Origin: Laetmonice hystrix
Taxonomy: Eukaryota
Direction of reading: 5' to 3'
Assembly: GCA_965235115.1 (NCBI GenBank)
Contig: OZ249441.1
Span: 5,890,001-5,954,000, forward strand
Length of the DNA: 64,000 nt
Both the position numbers and the translations under genes were made by a program. Each line of letters opens with the position of its first letter. Within the stretch, counting starts at the first letter, position 1. Below, piece by piece: positions 11,997 to 26,556 of this stretch. The notes beneath the pieces were generated by a model. The model was not told where the DNA came from. It did not search any database and saw nothing but the letters and a program-made list of their open reading frames with translations.

Positions 11997-14900
11997 AATT
12001 CAGCCTGGGCAGAAAGGGCCATGACCAGCACTCTCTTCCACTTCCTTTTACTGAGACCTTTAAGGTTTGGAAATGATTGCAATGCCTCAGTTATCCATTC
12101 TCCCGAGGTAATGCCACTCCAGCAAGGGATTCGCCGAGACATTATATATATTTTTCATGTTTCTTGTATCAGTCCAGTAGCGCCATTCTGTGAATGATGG
12201 AGCCCGATCGTTTCAATCAGGATTCCGACCGGCAGATTTGTTTAGTCTCGACGGTGCATATAATCGCCATTGTGTCGCAGAGAGACGAACACGCTCCGCT
12301 CGCCATGATTATCGCCAACCCCAAAGCGCCACCTATTGTCTGGCCTCGTTTTCCCCAAGGAGGTGTCCCAGTCGAGGGTTCCCCACAAATTACTCCGACC
12401 AATTAGATGCCGGTCTCGGGTGATGGCGGCCATTCTGTGGGCCCCGTCTTTGAAACATCACAGGTGATAAAAGCTCGGGCACATGCGCAGTAAATCCTCT
12501 CTCCTCCTTTCAGTGATTCAAGGCTGATTATCCGGGGGATACCACGCTGTCTAACATAGAACAGGGGAAAAGGCACCTCACAAATTACAGTAGCTGAGCA
12601 CTTTTCTCCCAAGAGAAGTCTGAAAGAATTGAGACACACATGGGGTTCGGTCCCAACTAAAATCATATTAGAAAGACATAGAGAAGGAAACGACACAAGC
12701 GGAAGAGATAGCGTTGTTGAACAACTCGGTAACCACGCAAAAATATCCGCTATTGGAGGCGGACAAAGAACTGCCTGCTGTAAACGGCAGATTGCTAACA
12801 CCCTATAATACAATTAACGTCAAGGTAGGATCGTCTGTGCAGGACCATATATTCTGTTGACATAAGGACAATATCCCAACTGGTTATAAAGGGATGGGAA
12901 GCGGGTTATGTTTGTCGTGTAACTAGTTTGACGTCCCCTGGAGGATTCTGTGACAATGACCTGTGGCCTGTGTACACATCCCGCGCCTTTATCTCCACAT
13001 CTGACCACTAGGGGGCGCCATGGCTGAATCTTTCTCTAAATCAGGTTTGTGACTTTAGAATGAAAATATTGAGCAACCCAAACGTCTAAAATGTCACCAG
13101 ACAGATCGTTCACTGTGCCAGGGACGTGAGGGAGCCCAACGCCCCTACTTGATAAAATGATTTCATCTCAGCCACGTATATCTTTCCATGAACGTTGTCG
13201 AACACAGAGACATCAAGCCTGGGCCACGCCCTTCGATGTTACACGTGAAGGTGCTGCACAATGTTGATATAATTGCGGAACGCTAGGAGCCCTGCATGGT
13301 GAGGTCTCACGGTATGGAATCTGTTCGTAGCCTCACTCCGTATGACATTTGTTGAGCATTTCCGGGTCGACCAATCGTCATAATCCTTGCAAATGACGGC
13401 CAAAATAAATGGCTATATTTGATTGTTGTGGACACTGTGTTATTAGGAATTCTAAATCATATTGTATTGTATTGGGGTAGGACTTACTGATTGAGTCTGT
13501 ATTGTAGTAGAGGGACGTTCCCATAAACCTTGCTTTGTGAAGTATATCAATGTCACTGATGTGGAGACAGGTAGTGATTATCAAATAACCTCTCACGTTT
13601 GAAACGGTCCCCTGCCTGATATCACATTACTCTAGACTCGGCCTCTGATCAGAATGGCAGACACAGGCGGTAATTACAGAGAATATCTCGAATATCCATC
13701 CATACATGAGTCATCGCGTTTGATCCAGGCAATAAAATTGCAGCCTTCCGCTCACGAAGTCTGACCAACGTCCCCGGTGTGAGGGTGTGGCTTTTACTGC
13801 AGACCGCACGTGTAGCTCACACCTTGCACGGTACCCTGCCATCAGTCACAGCCGGCCTTAGCTGCAGTCAAGACAGCAGGGCGAGTTTTATGACTCCCAC
13901 CCACCGCCTGGGGACTCTACCACTGCCCTGCCCCAACTCTTTCTTTATGATGCCATAACTCAGCAACGACAGGCTTTGCGAACTGGACCGTCGCCTGGAC
14001 CACTTGTAATAATAGATGTCAGGGTTGGCAGTACAGCTGGTCAGTATCGCACACGCTCTGTCACACCTACAGCTGTGGCCAGATTTAATTAAGGCACACA
14101 TTTAACGCCCTCCACAGCTACTTCTTACTGTACCTCGGAATCTGCATTCATAGACAGACAGTCTCTATCATTGTCTCGGCTGATTGCAGTTGAAGAAACG
14201 CACTGACGCGATGTAATGACAACGAAAATAAAACGGGCGGATAAATATGAAAAATACAATATCAAATTGCAAGTGAAGAGCAAATACCTTCTGACTTTAG
14301 AAAAAAACTAAAAAGATTATGGTAAATCTCTGAAACGTATCAGAGATGCACATTGCAGACAAGAACGGCATGCTGGCACACCGTTTTAAAATGACACATT
14401 CCATATACTACTGACATTGCCGTGCGGGCGGGGGACGCGTCAAACTGGGACAGTGCTATCACCCACTCCTAATCACTGGCTAGAACTCAGGGGACCACTG
14501 GCACTCATTGGAAAATATCTTCTTTTTTTAGACTCGATTGGCTGGAATCAGCTACACAGAGAAAGTAGGGTCACCTCGGTCGACAGGCTGTAATACAATA
14601 ATAATTCACTCCGCAGGGATTTTATCCGGACCGGTGAAAAATCACATTTCTTTCCGTAATTAAGATTTACTGCTGGATAAACGACAATGGCGGTTATCGC
14701 AATGATCTGTGTATTTTCAACAGGACACAGGCCCTAAACCATAATGGAAATAAGCCGGCAAGCATTGAATGAACCCCCAGTTATCAGTACCGTCAACCTG
14801 ACTCGATTGAGGGACACTCTATAGAGATATGGTCGTTTTTTACTGGATGTTAAATGGTTGTCGTGATAAACATTTCCATTACACCATTATCACCAAACCA

Positions 14901-16712
14901 GTTCATTAAGTCTTTTAATTAATATCGGGGGGTATGCGTGTAAAAAAACACGCAAACAAACAACAACAACAAAGTATTTCATTGGCAGGTATAACCAGAT
15001 TATAATTAATGTTGTTTGGTGGGTTTTGTTTTTTTAAATAAATGAGAACGCTTTTTCAACCACCAGGGTAACTGGGTCTTGCATACTGCGACAAAGGGTT
15101 GGGTCGGATTTCCACAAATAGAACAACCGGCCGCATTACGCATTTTTTTTAATGCAGGCCTTTCGAAAGGTCAATCAATGCAGGTTGCGTGAAGGTAGTT
15201 TAACCGCAGGTGTGATTATAGAAAAGGGGAAAGAGTGAGCCGATCTAACAGACCACGGTACCCGATACGACGGCGTGAGACCCTGTCACGTGGCCAGCGT
15301 ATCACGTGTCCCACCAACAGAGGGCGTACTCTGCTGACGTGTCAACTCCAGACACGAGACCTCCTGTTTTATGTTTCTTATTTTTTTGGCTTTTCATTAT
15401 TTAAATATTAGTTTCAGACGAAAAAACCATGTCATATTGTCTGCGGGGTGTTTGTTGAGCCGTAGCTTCCCACGGTCCTTTCTAAAGGGCCCGAGACGAG
15501 AGTGCTGCCCTCTATGTGATCATTGGTGACGTCATAATTGCAAACTATCGGAAATCATGTAGATTGTTCATTGTGAGTGTCCCATGGTCGTCTCTGACCA
15601 GACAAAAGAACACCCGTGCCAGGCTGGCCTTGTGTTTACCCCAGTAAAATCTGTTCGGGCATAGTCTTTACACACCCTTTCCTTCTTTGTTCCTCTCTTT
15701 CCTTTCTTTTTCCTTTCTTCTTTTTGTCCTCACAGCAGTAGTTTCCTTGTTGTTACGGAACCGTTCCAGCTCGTATCCAGGGACATCTCCATGGCAACCT
15801 ATCCGCGAAATTTGGTGACAAGAACTCAAAATCTGCACACTATATTCCGAGCCCAATCGTCTCACCTACTCCAGGGCCCCAGTCATTCCTCCAGTGTTCC
15901 TCTTCGTGGGAATATCTCCATGGAGGACAACTTGCACTCTTCATCTCCATCATCGGCTTACACGCATACCGCCACATGGTATCTTAAAGCCGTTACCTTG
16001 AGAGCTTAAGTACATAACATGTCTATACTCTAATCACCCGAAACGTCGGACAAATCAATCTTACCAAACAGGTCAAATGGAAAATCGACGGTGAAAGCCT
16101 CCGACCGTACCATTCGCTGGACTTTATCCCGTAAACTGTCCCGTAAACTGTCCCGTAAGCTGGGGATCAAAGGATTATCTCTATGGACATTGGAGGGGTA
16201 TGTAAACATACCCGGGCACAGCAGTAATGTTCCGATCAGGAAAACACGCAGGCGTTGGATGCGGAGAAGTATATATATAACAGAATGAAGTTGGCTTCAC
16301 GCGGATATTGTGTAGCAGATATAGCAGGACTAAATACCGATTCCATGCTACACAAACCTGCCTCCCTGGATCTGATTATGCAAGGCGCCTCAGTACGTTA
16401 TCGGCCTGAATGTCCATACGAAATGTTTCAGGAAAGAAAGTCCTTTTGAAGATTTTCTGGTTATCACATTTTTCACCGTTGGATTTAGTATCAAAGGACT
16501 GATCGAATATTCCAGGCACCGCAGGCGTCAGGGAAGATGCCATGGATCCTTTGGATCTGTACTGGTCTTTTCACTTACAGAAATCCACGGAGTCCGGCAT
16601 CGCAAAGACTCAATACAAAGAGGCCACCTGCGAAGACCGTCCCTTTACTGACCATTGCCCCTGGCTCGAAAGGTTGTGGGTGGTTCCTGGACTTGTTAGG
16701 GTAAGGGAGCGG

Positions 16713-16713
16713 G

Positions 16714-16760
<47 letters not shown>
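16713..16760. repeat. (GA)n microsatellite
   Basis: Direct inspection. Confidence 0.97.
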
Positions 16761-16767
<7 letters not shown>

Positions 16768-19700
16768 AGAGGGGGAGGCTAAGATTGATCGAATATGCAC
16801 TTCTAAATCTATGATGTGCAAGGGCTGTTGATGCGTGCAGTTTAAATTTTCCCTTCGAATATGAACATTTTACTAAACGTTCAATTAAATCTGTCACCAC
16901 GGCATGGTTCCACATATTATTCCAAATTGCCTTGTCAACCAAAAAATTTAAACGCGATCATTGTTATGATAATAAAAGATTCAGCTTTCATCCCATTATC
17001 AAACGCACTAGACGTGGTCGGTCGTTTGGAAGGCCACTCTTCCTTTACCATGAAACATGAGTTTAGTTTTGATTACACGTCCTTTGAAAGGAGCATGTCG
17101 TAATGATACTGGCACGACACATTTCTTCCTGTTCCTTATAACCGGCTGTGACTCATTCTCTTCTCCTGGTCAGATACTCCACGGCACGTTTACTTGAGAC
17201 AAAGGAGGCTTTTCAAGAACCGACGTTTATGAGTGATTTTGCTCTGTGTGCACTCGGTTTTCAAGTTATAATTGGAATATTTTCAACGAAAAGGCTTGCA
17301 TATTAAGTGCTCAGCCCTTGAAGCTACATTTCACGACCAGTGAAAGAGACATGGTGATTTTCCTAATTACACCCATATAAAATGATGTGAGCCTCTCCTT
17401 GTATACGTCCTCCCTCGCTTGGTTACTCTATCCGAATCAATCAACTTAATGGCCAAACCACTTGAGCATTCTGTGCGGAACCGCTGGGTAGACCGCGTAA
17501 TGTCTAGGTAGATTGATTGATTATTGATTGGTTCTTAGCTTTGTGATCTGTCGACAGATCTACTGACCATCTCTCTCAGAGCCGGGAACAACCCTTTTAC
17601 TTATTCAGACCGCTGACGGTGATGAAGAAATGTGTCATTTACTGTTTCCATATTCATTCTTTAAAATACACACCGAACCCGTTTTATTCCATGAGCAGGC
17701 CCTGTCTAATCCACCACCAATGGCCAGGACAATATGTCATTGGGGAACAACCAGCCAGATCATAAAGAATACCTGGCCTTTCGTCCAGACCGTTTCCGAT
17801 GGTCAGCTGTAACCGGTCGACAGCTGCCACTGGACTGACCATGATAGGTCGATAAGGTCGGCGGACATCGGTCATTGAACTCAACACCAGTGAGCAGGTG
17901 CTCGTTCACATATTGACCTGATAGAAACGGTATCGAACGTCGTTATCGTCCAGGATTATACAAGTATACTAATAATGGTTCACATCAAATCACAGCACGG
18001 CTGGCCCTGCGGTTCTGGCCTTAGCTGATTACATAGTCTGTATGCAACTTAAGGACGGAATATGGGCAGTGCGTGGGACATTGTGTTGCTACTAATTAAT
18101 GGCCGTTATAAATTTATAATGGTATTTGTCACGAATGGGAATCGTGATCATACAATCAATAATGTATGGCGAAATGATTGCCAGGAGATTGACTATATAT
18201 TCTTACATAGGTGTCCACTTGGCGATCATAATATAAACATATTAAAAACCGACATATATCATAATGTCCCGGCAGGCCATCGTACATGTATTAATTTATC
18301 TGCGCCTATGACGGCCACATTCATAATTATGACTACGGAAAAACGCTTATATATAGATAGACAATCTTTTATGGGCTTTCTGAAAGAAAAAGTCCATTGC
18401 TAATAGACATAATGACTATAAGATGTATGTTGGCCAGTTTATCTATTGCACTGTAAGAGAACCCACTATAGAAACCCGATATACACTGTAAGGGGGTGTA
18501 GGGTACATTGCATGCTCTGTCCTCCTCAAGCGCTGCCAACTCCACGGCCCGAGCCACAGATAGCTGGCAGGCCCATTGTTTTTGATCCGGTATATAAATA
18601 GAAAGTTCTCAGAGCCTCAATTAATAGCTCCCTCTAGCGGGGTTTTCGGAATCAATATTCTCACATCCGAGTCTCCTGTGGACGTATGCACGGCATCCAG
18701 TCGGTGTGTAGGAATAGTTCTCCCGTCGGAAAACATCACTCTGGTGGTTCAGTACCGGAACCGAACTAGATGTATCCTCCGTCGGTAAGAATCTACGGCT
18801 ATTGGACTCCAGGGATCCACTACAACCTGATAGAATTAACAAGTGTCACATATTTCACCCATATCATGATATTATATCGGTATGATATGATATTTCTTGT
18901 CGCCATGTTAGATAAGATAGAGGGGCACAGCATGATGTAACCTAGACGGAGTATCGTCCCAGTAGGGACGGACAGCGTTAACGCGAAAAACCCTACCTCC
19001 TATGTCAATCACTCGCTGTGCAAAATCCATCGTACCTACTGCCAGTTGAGGTGTCAATTCTAACGCAGCCCATCTTCTGTTCCTCTGCTGCACACTTTTC
19101 CGAGGATTTTTGCCCAAAGTTTTAATAAATCAGACTTTCGAAATTCCGAATCGCGCTGGTTCACTGCCGTATCGCCGGAAGTAGTCAGAGTGTGCCGTTA
19201 GCTGCCATACTCAAAACAGGCGCACTGGCGACCAGCAGGGGAGCATTCATTATTCTAGACCAAACAGCAATTCCTCCATTATGGCGCCAAACTAATAGCC
19301 AACGTCTGAAATGACTGCTCCCTTCGTGAGCTTGACCCCGGATGTGGGTTTAAAAATGGCGCCGGTTGTAAGACTATGGAAAGTGGTCGCTTGGTTTGGA
19401 AAATGGGCCGAATCTGTTGCTTAGAGGAACACCAAGTAAGTTCATTGGGCTCAGTAGCTGAAGGTAAAGGCAATCTTTTATTTGAAGTGATGGAAGAGGT
19501 GCGCTTGCACATTCATTCTGCGCGTTGAACGTTTGTTCTCGTAGCCCGTTCGCTAGCTGATAGGCCGTACACACGGCCTATGTGAGAGGCTAGATGTAAC
19601 CTTGGACTCACATGAATGGTTCAGTTTGCAACTCTGGCCCGTCCGTCTCAACATTTATTGTGTGTTTGATCTCGCTGCTTCGATTTCTCATCTTTCCCCT

Positions 19701-21947
19701 GACCCAGAATTTTATCGTAGAATACAGTAGCTCCCTCTGGTAGCAGAGGAATGACTTCACATAATAAAGTTATGACGGGCAGGTATGCGAACAATACGAC
19801 CAGTGTATTTTGTGTGGGTATATCTGAGAGACCTGGACATAGTCTTAGCGCGTCAGATTGAACCTTAGAGAATACAAACGATTTGGAGTGGTGGGCGGGG
19901 TGGTTGGGAGGAGGTCACTCGGTGCTCGGCCGGACTTATACTAGCTCTTTGTTACCTGGCAACAGCTGCTCCTCTCACGGCACATTGTGACGTTATTGTC
20001 AGACGCCGAGACGTACGGTATTCATTTGAAAGTTGTGTCGAAAGATCACATGTCAATACCGCGTTCATAGGTCAAAGCATCAAAGTGTACCGCGTAACTG
20101 TATTGCAATTGATCCAGTTCTGTATTTTTGCCACCACTTTTAATTCCACATCGTTTTGCCAGAAGGCATTATTATTTTAACATAGCTTTATCAGTTAATG
20201 TTCTTACTACACGGACGTCTGGTCACATGATTCCAGGTTTTATTATTGTGGACGCCATGTAATAAACCATTTCAAACAGATCAGGGGAAACAATCCATGA
20301 GGGCGTTGACTGGAGTCGTAATGACATGTTACAGTGATGCCTGCCTGACCAGGGACAGACAACATCCCGCAGTCACTCCGGTCTGGGCCGTGGATGACTG
20401 TGTCAGAGGTACGGACGCGAACACTGCCATGGAACCAAACCTGGCAATATGCCGCTACCTGGTTTGCCAAATTGGTCAGCACCCTCGCATTCCAAATCCC
20501 AAGGGCACGCCGCGACTGGGGGAGGTTTCCTTTGATCTGTGCCGACGTAGGACGTAGGTATTATTGACCTGTCTGCCTGGATGGGCGAACTAGTTTTTCA
20601 TAATCCCGACTGACATAATAATATATTATTGATATGACCTGGGCAAAGCCTCTATCCGGACTTGACCTCTTTAGTTTGGTATAAGGACATCGGCCTGTGT
20701 CCAATTCTATCCGAAACGGTGTGGAGGATAGCTCATCAAAATATACACAAACGATGATCATATCGCAGAAATGAGAGCTACCAAAGCCAGTTCCAATCAA
20801 GTTCCGGATACATAAGCGCTTGTCTTAATCAACCGAGATTTCTGAGTGGATTATTTGGACTAGCCATTATGAAACATATTAATCTACTTTAATTGGTGAA
20901 TCTAGGTGCATGTCAATTGGAACTGGCAGAGGGAGCGCTTACTTTCACATCAGCTTAGGTCTTTGTCTCTAAATCTCTGACACATTTAGGTAATTTCTAT
21001 GTATGTTATGGTAATGATATGCTAGAATTTCCATGATTTTTTTTTCATAATGTCAATGTAAATACTTTATGTAATGAATTAATGAATCACAATGGTAACG
21101 TTGATGAAAATGACAATGATTTTGCGAACATGATAAGTAATTACTATTATAACAATGATAATATTATTTTTTTGTAAACAACACTGGTATTATAATAGTG
21201 GCCTATATAGTTTTACAGCTGTGACACGGAGGTCCAGGCACCATGCAGTAACTGACATGGAAGCACACAGCACTATCTGTGCCGTCACACTGGCCGGCCG
21301 CTGAGTAGACCGGAGAAAGAGGTTTCAGACCTGACCGCCAGACGGCGGGCTGATCAATGTACCCGACACATTCCCAATCCTCAGCGGTGGAGACATCTGT
21401 TGAAAAAGATTCAATTTCAGTTCGATAACCTACTCTCCGGGAAATTAAATTTGCAATTCTCCTGCAAATAGTGGCAGGTCTCTCTGTCTCTGAAAGGATG
21501 TCATTCATTTCGATTGGCACAAATTAACTGAGTCAGACCTATCAACGGATTTTCGCCATCGGTTTTAACTTAAAACACCAAAACGGGCCTGGTAATTATT
21601 TCATGCCGCTAATTGAGCCCTAATCATTGGGATTAAAATGGTTAGAGTGATACTCTATGTGGTGGAAGCTTGTGACACTGACAAGTATAAAAATGTAACA
21701 TAAGGGATTTGTTAATTAGCTTGCCGTAATCGAGGTTGGTGTAAATGTCGCCATTATACTTGTAGGCCTACTCAAAGATGTTAACCTGTCGTCGAGTGGA
21801 ATTTCCCAAAGAATCCGCAGTGTAACACTGTGACAGATCGAATATCATACATCATTAACCGGTAATATATAGAAACATATAGCATGGTGAATATGACCTA
21901 TAACTAAAGTTATAACATAAATAAGATTAATTGTAGTAGTGTAGTAA

Positions 21948-22053
21948 AGTAGTGTAGCGTTCTACAAATTGGACGTCCTAATAAGTAGTGTAGCGTTCTA
22001 CAAATTGGACGTCCTAATAAGTAGTGTAGCGTTCTACAAATTGGATGTCCTAA
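21948..22053. repeat. 36-bp x about 3 tandem repeat
   Basis: Unit agtagtgtagcgttctacaaattggacgtcctaata. Confidence 0.92.
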
Positions 22054-23336
22054 TTGACATTGAAATAGTTCTTAAAATATATGCGAAAGAATGTATTCGG
22101 GATAGAACATATGCCTGTTCAATCGTATCGTCACTTGAGAAGATGTATTCAGGGATCCACATAATAATATTTCCGCCATCCAATATCAGATGTCTTGGCA
22201 TGCCATCAAGCGATTCCTGAGTCACATTAAAAAAATACCGCAAACATGACTTTGATGCTGGGAAATAACAGCAGTTAGCTATGATGTGATGGTCGTGTAT
22301 CCTATGTAAGAGCTGGGTATGTCATAATGTATCGAGCCAGAACATCTCTATGATGGTCTGTTGTGTGTGGGAAATGAACCTGTGCCAAGTCAGGTATGGC
22401 CTGTCAGACCCTGAACATGATGTGCCTGTCATGGTTCGGTCCATATTATAAACAGAAGATAGAAACAGGGCAAAGGCCATCGCTAGTTTAACTCACTGTA
22501 GGACGAATTCCATATGGTCTGCCATCGAAATGTAAGTAATAATGTATGTCATTTCATAGAAGTCTCTCTGTTAGCTACACCTCATAATTACCTGAAAGTC
22601 AATACGACAGAATGAATAATCTTGGATGAAAACCAAAATTTAGCGCCAGAATGACGAAGAAGTATACTGTATAAACCAGCGTGTCAGGAAGGTGGCAGAG
22701 TTCCGACCTTCTGTACTGCTACATGACGAAATTGGTGGGAAAAAACGGCTGGGTGAAAAAAAACTATTGTGATGTTTGGAGACCACTGATGTTTTTTTAA
22801 TACACTGAGAGGACGTTTGAGCCGCCTGCCACAGATGTCGTCGCTTGGGCCTACAGGGAGGGAGGGGGGTTCAGAACCTTCTGTGGGTTTAGGGAGGTCA
22901 AAAAGTACACAAAACTTAGTATAAACTTAAAAGTCCAAAGGTCAAGTAGGATACTCTAGTGCTTGGGGTCTACGTGAAGTGACTTAGATTTTGAACCGTT
23001 GTGAGATCAGTAACTCTCCCCTGTCGTTCCACAGTCTGTGATCCGCCCCCCCCCTGAGCATGGTGATGTTTCCCGTAATATAAATCGTCAGATGTAAAAA
23101 TTGATGCTAATATGTTGGCAGGACGAGCGTGGCATGGTCCGGGTGTGCCCATTGCTGGCGGCCAAACACACGGCCACGTACGAGTTACACATGTCAAACA
23201 GTACCTGCCGTGTGCTCGAGACAACAGATCCTTCCACTGACAACCGTTAAAACGGGCAAATGTAACCATGGCTGGAGGCGTTGGGAATTTATCATTACAT
23301 GGTGCCTTTACGCCTTACTGGTATCTAAAGCCATCT

Positions 23337-23520
23337 CCAGGGCCCGGTTTTTAGTTCATCATTTTACCAATCTTAAGACTGGAATTTTAAGACTGACTTG
23401 TGTTATGGTCTCTCATTGGTTGACTTCATTTGAAGGACCAATCATAAGCTCTGAAACAAAAGTGCAGTCTGAAGATTTGAATCTTAAGACTCGGTTTGCA
23501 CACTAAAAACCAGGGCCAGG
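23337..23520. mobile_element. MITE-like element with about 19-bp imperfect terminal inverted repeats
   Basis: ccagggcccggtttttagt ... actaaaaaccagggccagg (16/19 match); no ORF. Confidence 0.65.
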
Positions 23521-23925
23521 GCAGTAGGAGTATTGTCTTTTTAACATTTTCTGTCCGTTACAGATGAGGAGGGTGGGGGGTGGGGGGCATGTTGAAAAGA
23601 AAATCCGTGTAGGTCATGGTTGTACGGTACTATTGTTTTCATATACATGGAGTCGTCTGAGACCTTTAACGCTTTGATCCCAGACGGCAAAGGTGGACCA
23701 CTGTCGGAGAGACATGACTCGTTGAGTGGTCTCGCCACCTGTTGGTCTCGGCCTATCAGGAACATTTACATAAGCCATAGAACGTGTAACATCCCAGTAT
23801 AGTTCTATACATAAACATAGGGGAAAGGTAGAACAGGCTAGACTGGCTTTTAGGAGAACACAAAGACAGGTGCATGATAATCGAAAAGAAATCGATAAGA
23901 TTACGTGTCCATTTTATACAGGGTA

Positions 23926-24920
23926 TCTATACGGTTTGATCAGTCCCTAGTCCATGGGGTGGGGGTCTATACGGTTTGGTCAGTCCCTAGTCCATGGGGT
24001 GGGGGTCTATACGGTTTGATCAGTCCCTAGTCCATGGGGTGGGGGTCTATACGGTTTGGTCAGTCCCTAGTCCATGGGGTGGGGGTCTATACGGTTTGAT
24101 CAGTCCCTAGTCCATGGGGTGGGGGTCTATACGATTTGATCAGTCCCTAGTCCATGGGGTGGGGGTCTATACGGTTTGATCAGTCCCTAGTCCATGGGGT
24201 GGGGGTCTATACGATTTGATCAGTCCCTAGTCCATGGGGTGGGGGGTCTAACGGTTTGGTCAGTCCCTAGTCCATGGGGTGGGGGTCTATACGATTTGAT
24301 CAGTCCCTAGTCCATGGGGTGGGGGTCTATACGATTTGATCAGTCCCTAGTCCATGGGGTGGGGGTCTATACGGTTTGATCAGTCCCTAGTCCATGGGGT
24401 GGGGGGTCTAACGGTTTGGTCAGTCCCTAGTCCGTGGGGTCGGGTCTATACGGTTTGATCAGTCCCTAGTCCATGGGGTGGGGGTCTATACGATTTGATC
24501 AGTCCCTAGTCCATGGGGTGGGGGTCTATACGATTTGATCAGTCCCTAGTCCATGGGGTGGGGGGTCTAACGGTTTGGTCAGTCCCTAGTCCGTGGGGTG
24601 GGGGTCTATACGATCCCATGAGATGTAGTCCATCGGGTGGGGGTATATACGATTTGATCAGTCCCTAGTCCATGGGGTGGGGGGTCTAACGGTTTGGTCA
24701 GTCCCTAGTCCGTGGGGTGGGGGTCTATACGGTTTGATCAGTCCCTAGTCCATGGGGTGGGGGTCTATACGATTTGATCAGTCCCTAGTCCATGGGGTGG
24801 GGGTCTATACGATTTGATCAGTCTCTAGTCCATGGGGTGGGGGTCTATACGATTTGATCAGTCCCTCGTCCATGGGGTGAGGGGTCTATACGATTTGATC
24901 AGTCCCTAGGCCATGGGGTG
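23926..24920. repeat. 40-bp minisatellite, about 25 copies, G-tract rich
   Basis: cagtccctag at 23941, 23981, 24021, 24061, ... Confidence 0.97.
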
Positions 24921-25749
24921 TAGGGATTCGGATGGTTTAGCCCGTATAGACTACCCACCAGACAGGCAAGGGTATCTCTGTTTGAATATGTGAGTGAACG
25001 AATCATGTATGTTTGTCTAAGTGAAATGTGTGCCGTTGGAATTAGACAGCTATGTATAAACAGAGTGACAACGTAATTTAACAAAGTGAGATACATATCT
25101 ACACGCATCCGCCATGGGTGCATGGTCAGCCAATTTTACAGGGAGGAGGCCAATGGGGCCTGGCCGGGGCTGAACCACGCACACAAGTAACTGTCACTGA
25201 ACAATACTCCAGTGCCAACGCCAGGGGCCATGTGAGACGCGCCAAAATATTATACGTCACACGGACCGAAACAAGTCCTATCCTTCCCGGATAAATGATA
25301 GGCCTATCATCTGCTGACTGCGCAGGGCGTGTGTGTGTGTTTGAGGGGGCAGTTATTTGTAGCAATTACTCTATAGTTGGCCTCATTTGTCGTTCAACTT
25401 TTGATTGAAGTAAATGAGCGACAGTAATTAATCTTTAAGAATCTCAGAGATCTGGCAAAGAAAGTGTATCCTCACCCCGTGCTAAAGAGTTCCCTAACCG
25501 GCCCCTTACTGCCCTGTTGTCTACTCTCTAAGACGCACAACTTGATATTGGTCTTTATATTCGATTATACGAGAGGTCTTAAACGGTATTGACCATTCAC
25601 TGAAGAGCAAAACAGAAAAAGAAAAAGAAGAAGAAGAAAACATTTTTTGAAAAATATTAGTTACTAGCTATGGCCAGATTTGGGGGTTTACGCCTTGCCT
25701 TCGGGAAGGAACTGACTGAAAAATCTTTCACACGTGCAGCTCTGGCCGG

Positions 25750-25895
25750 NNNNNNNNNNNNNNNNNNNNNNNNNNNNNNNNNNNNNNNNNNNNNNNNNNN
25801 NNNNNNNNNNNNNNNNNNNNNNNNNNNNNNNNNNNNNNNNNNNNNNNNNNNNNNNNNNNNNNNNNNNNNNNNNNNNNNNNNNNNNNNNNNNNNNN
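25750..25895. other. Assembly gap (146 N)
   Basis: Run of N. Confidence 1.
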
Positions 25896-26279
25896 GACTA
25901 GATACGTTCATCCTACCGTTCGAAGATCTGACGCTTGAGACAACACGTGATAACCCAATGATAGCCGCCATACAGAACTATGCCGCAGATCGACCCACTG
26001 ACGGGGAACGGGTTGTATTGCTACATCCCTTTAGAAGAGTCATGTCGCACTTTTCTCAGCCTTGCACCCTCCCGGCTCCAAGTGGACGCTTTGTGACTCA
26101 TCATACTGTCAGTGTTTGAACCATCAGCACGTGTTGCCAGACTACGACCGAACGTGGACCCATGCAAGCTCCTTCCGACCCATCAGCCAGTTCATGGGAG
26201 ACAGACCCGAGTCTATCTAAGCAATACTTTCAGACGCGACCGTTCACTGTACAGACAGACAGACAGAGAAAGCAATCGT

Positions 26280-26556
26280 CAGGTGGCACAACCAGTTGCG
26301 ATCTGCGATCATGCAAGACTGGTGGTGCGACCATGCACGACAGGTCCTAGTACGACCATTATAAGACCTGTCTGCCACCTCTTACGATTTGTAATCGCAG
26401 GTCAAAAGTTTTGAACATGACCATCGACCTTGCTGCGACTTATTTTGATCTGGCAATCACTCACGACCTCTCTTTCTACGATTTGCCTATGATTCCAACA
26501 TTTTACGGTCCCAGCTAGGTCGTAACCTTGTGGCAGGCCCGGTGTGACTGGGGCTT
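26280..26556. mobile_element. Possible decayed non-autonomous DNA transposon end (Harbinger-like)
   Basis: Ends in ggtgtgactgggcttta, which resembles Harbinger-type MITE termini as I recall them; internal acgacc/gcgac repeats; no partner TIR found. Confidence 0.3.

Noticed and set aside
15868-15982. DTMWRYACKP...WRNDWGPG resembling dermatopontin repeats
   Set aside because: Only a weak AAG acceptor directly after an in-frame stop, and no further dermatopontin-like exons were found.
16091-16288. KLGIKGLSLWTLEG resembling the GH18 chitinase C-terminal motif
   Set aside because: Single short motif, an adjacent 12-bp micro-duplication, and no catalytic DxxDxDxE motif.
25657-26119. ORFs spanning the N run
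   Set aside because: Artefact of the assembly gap.
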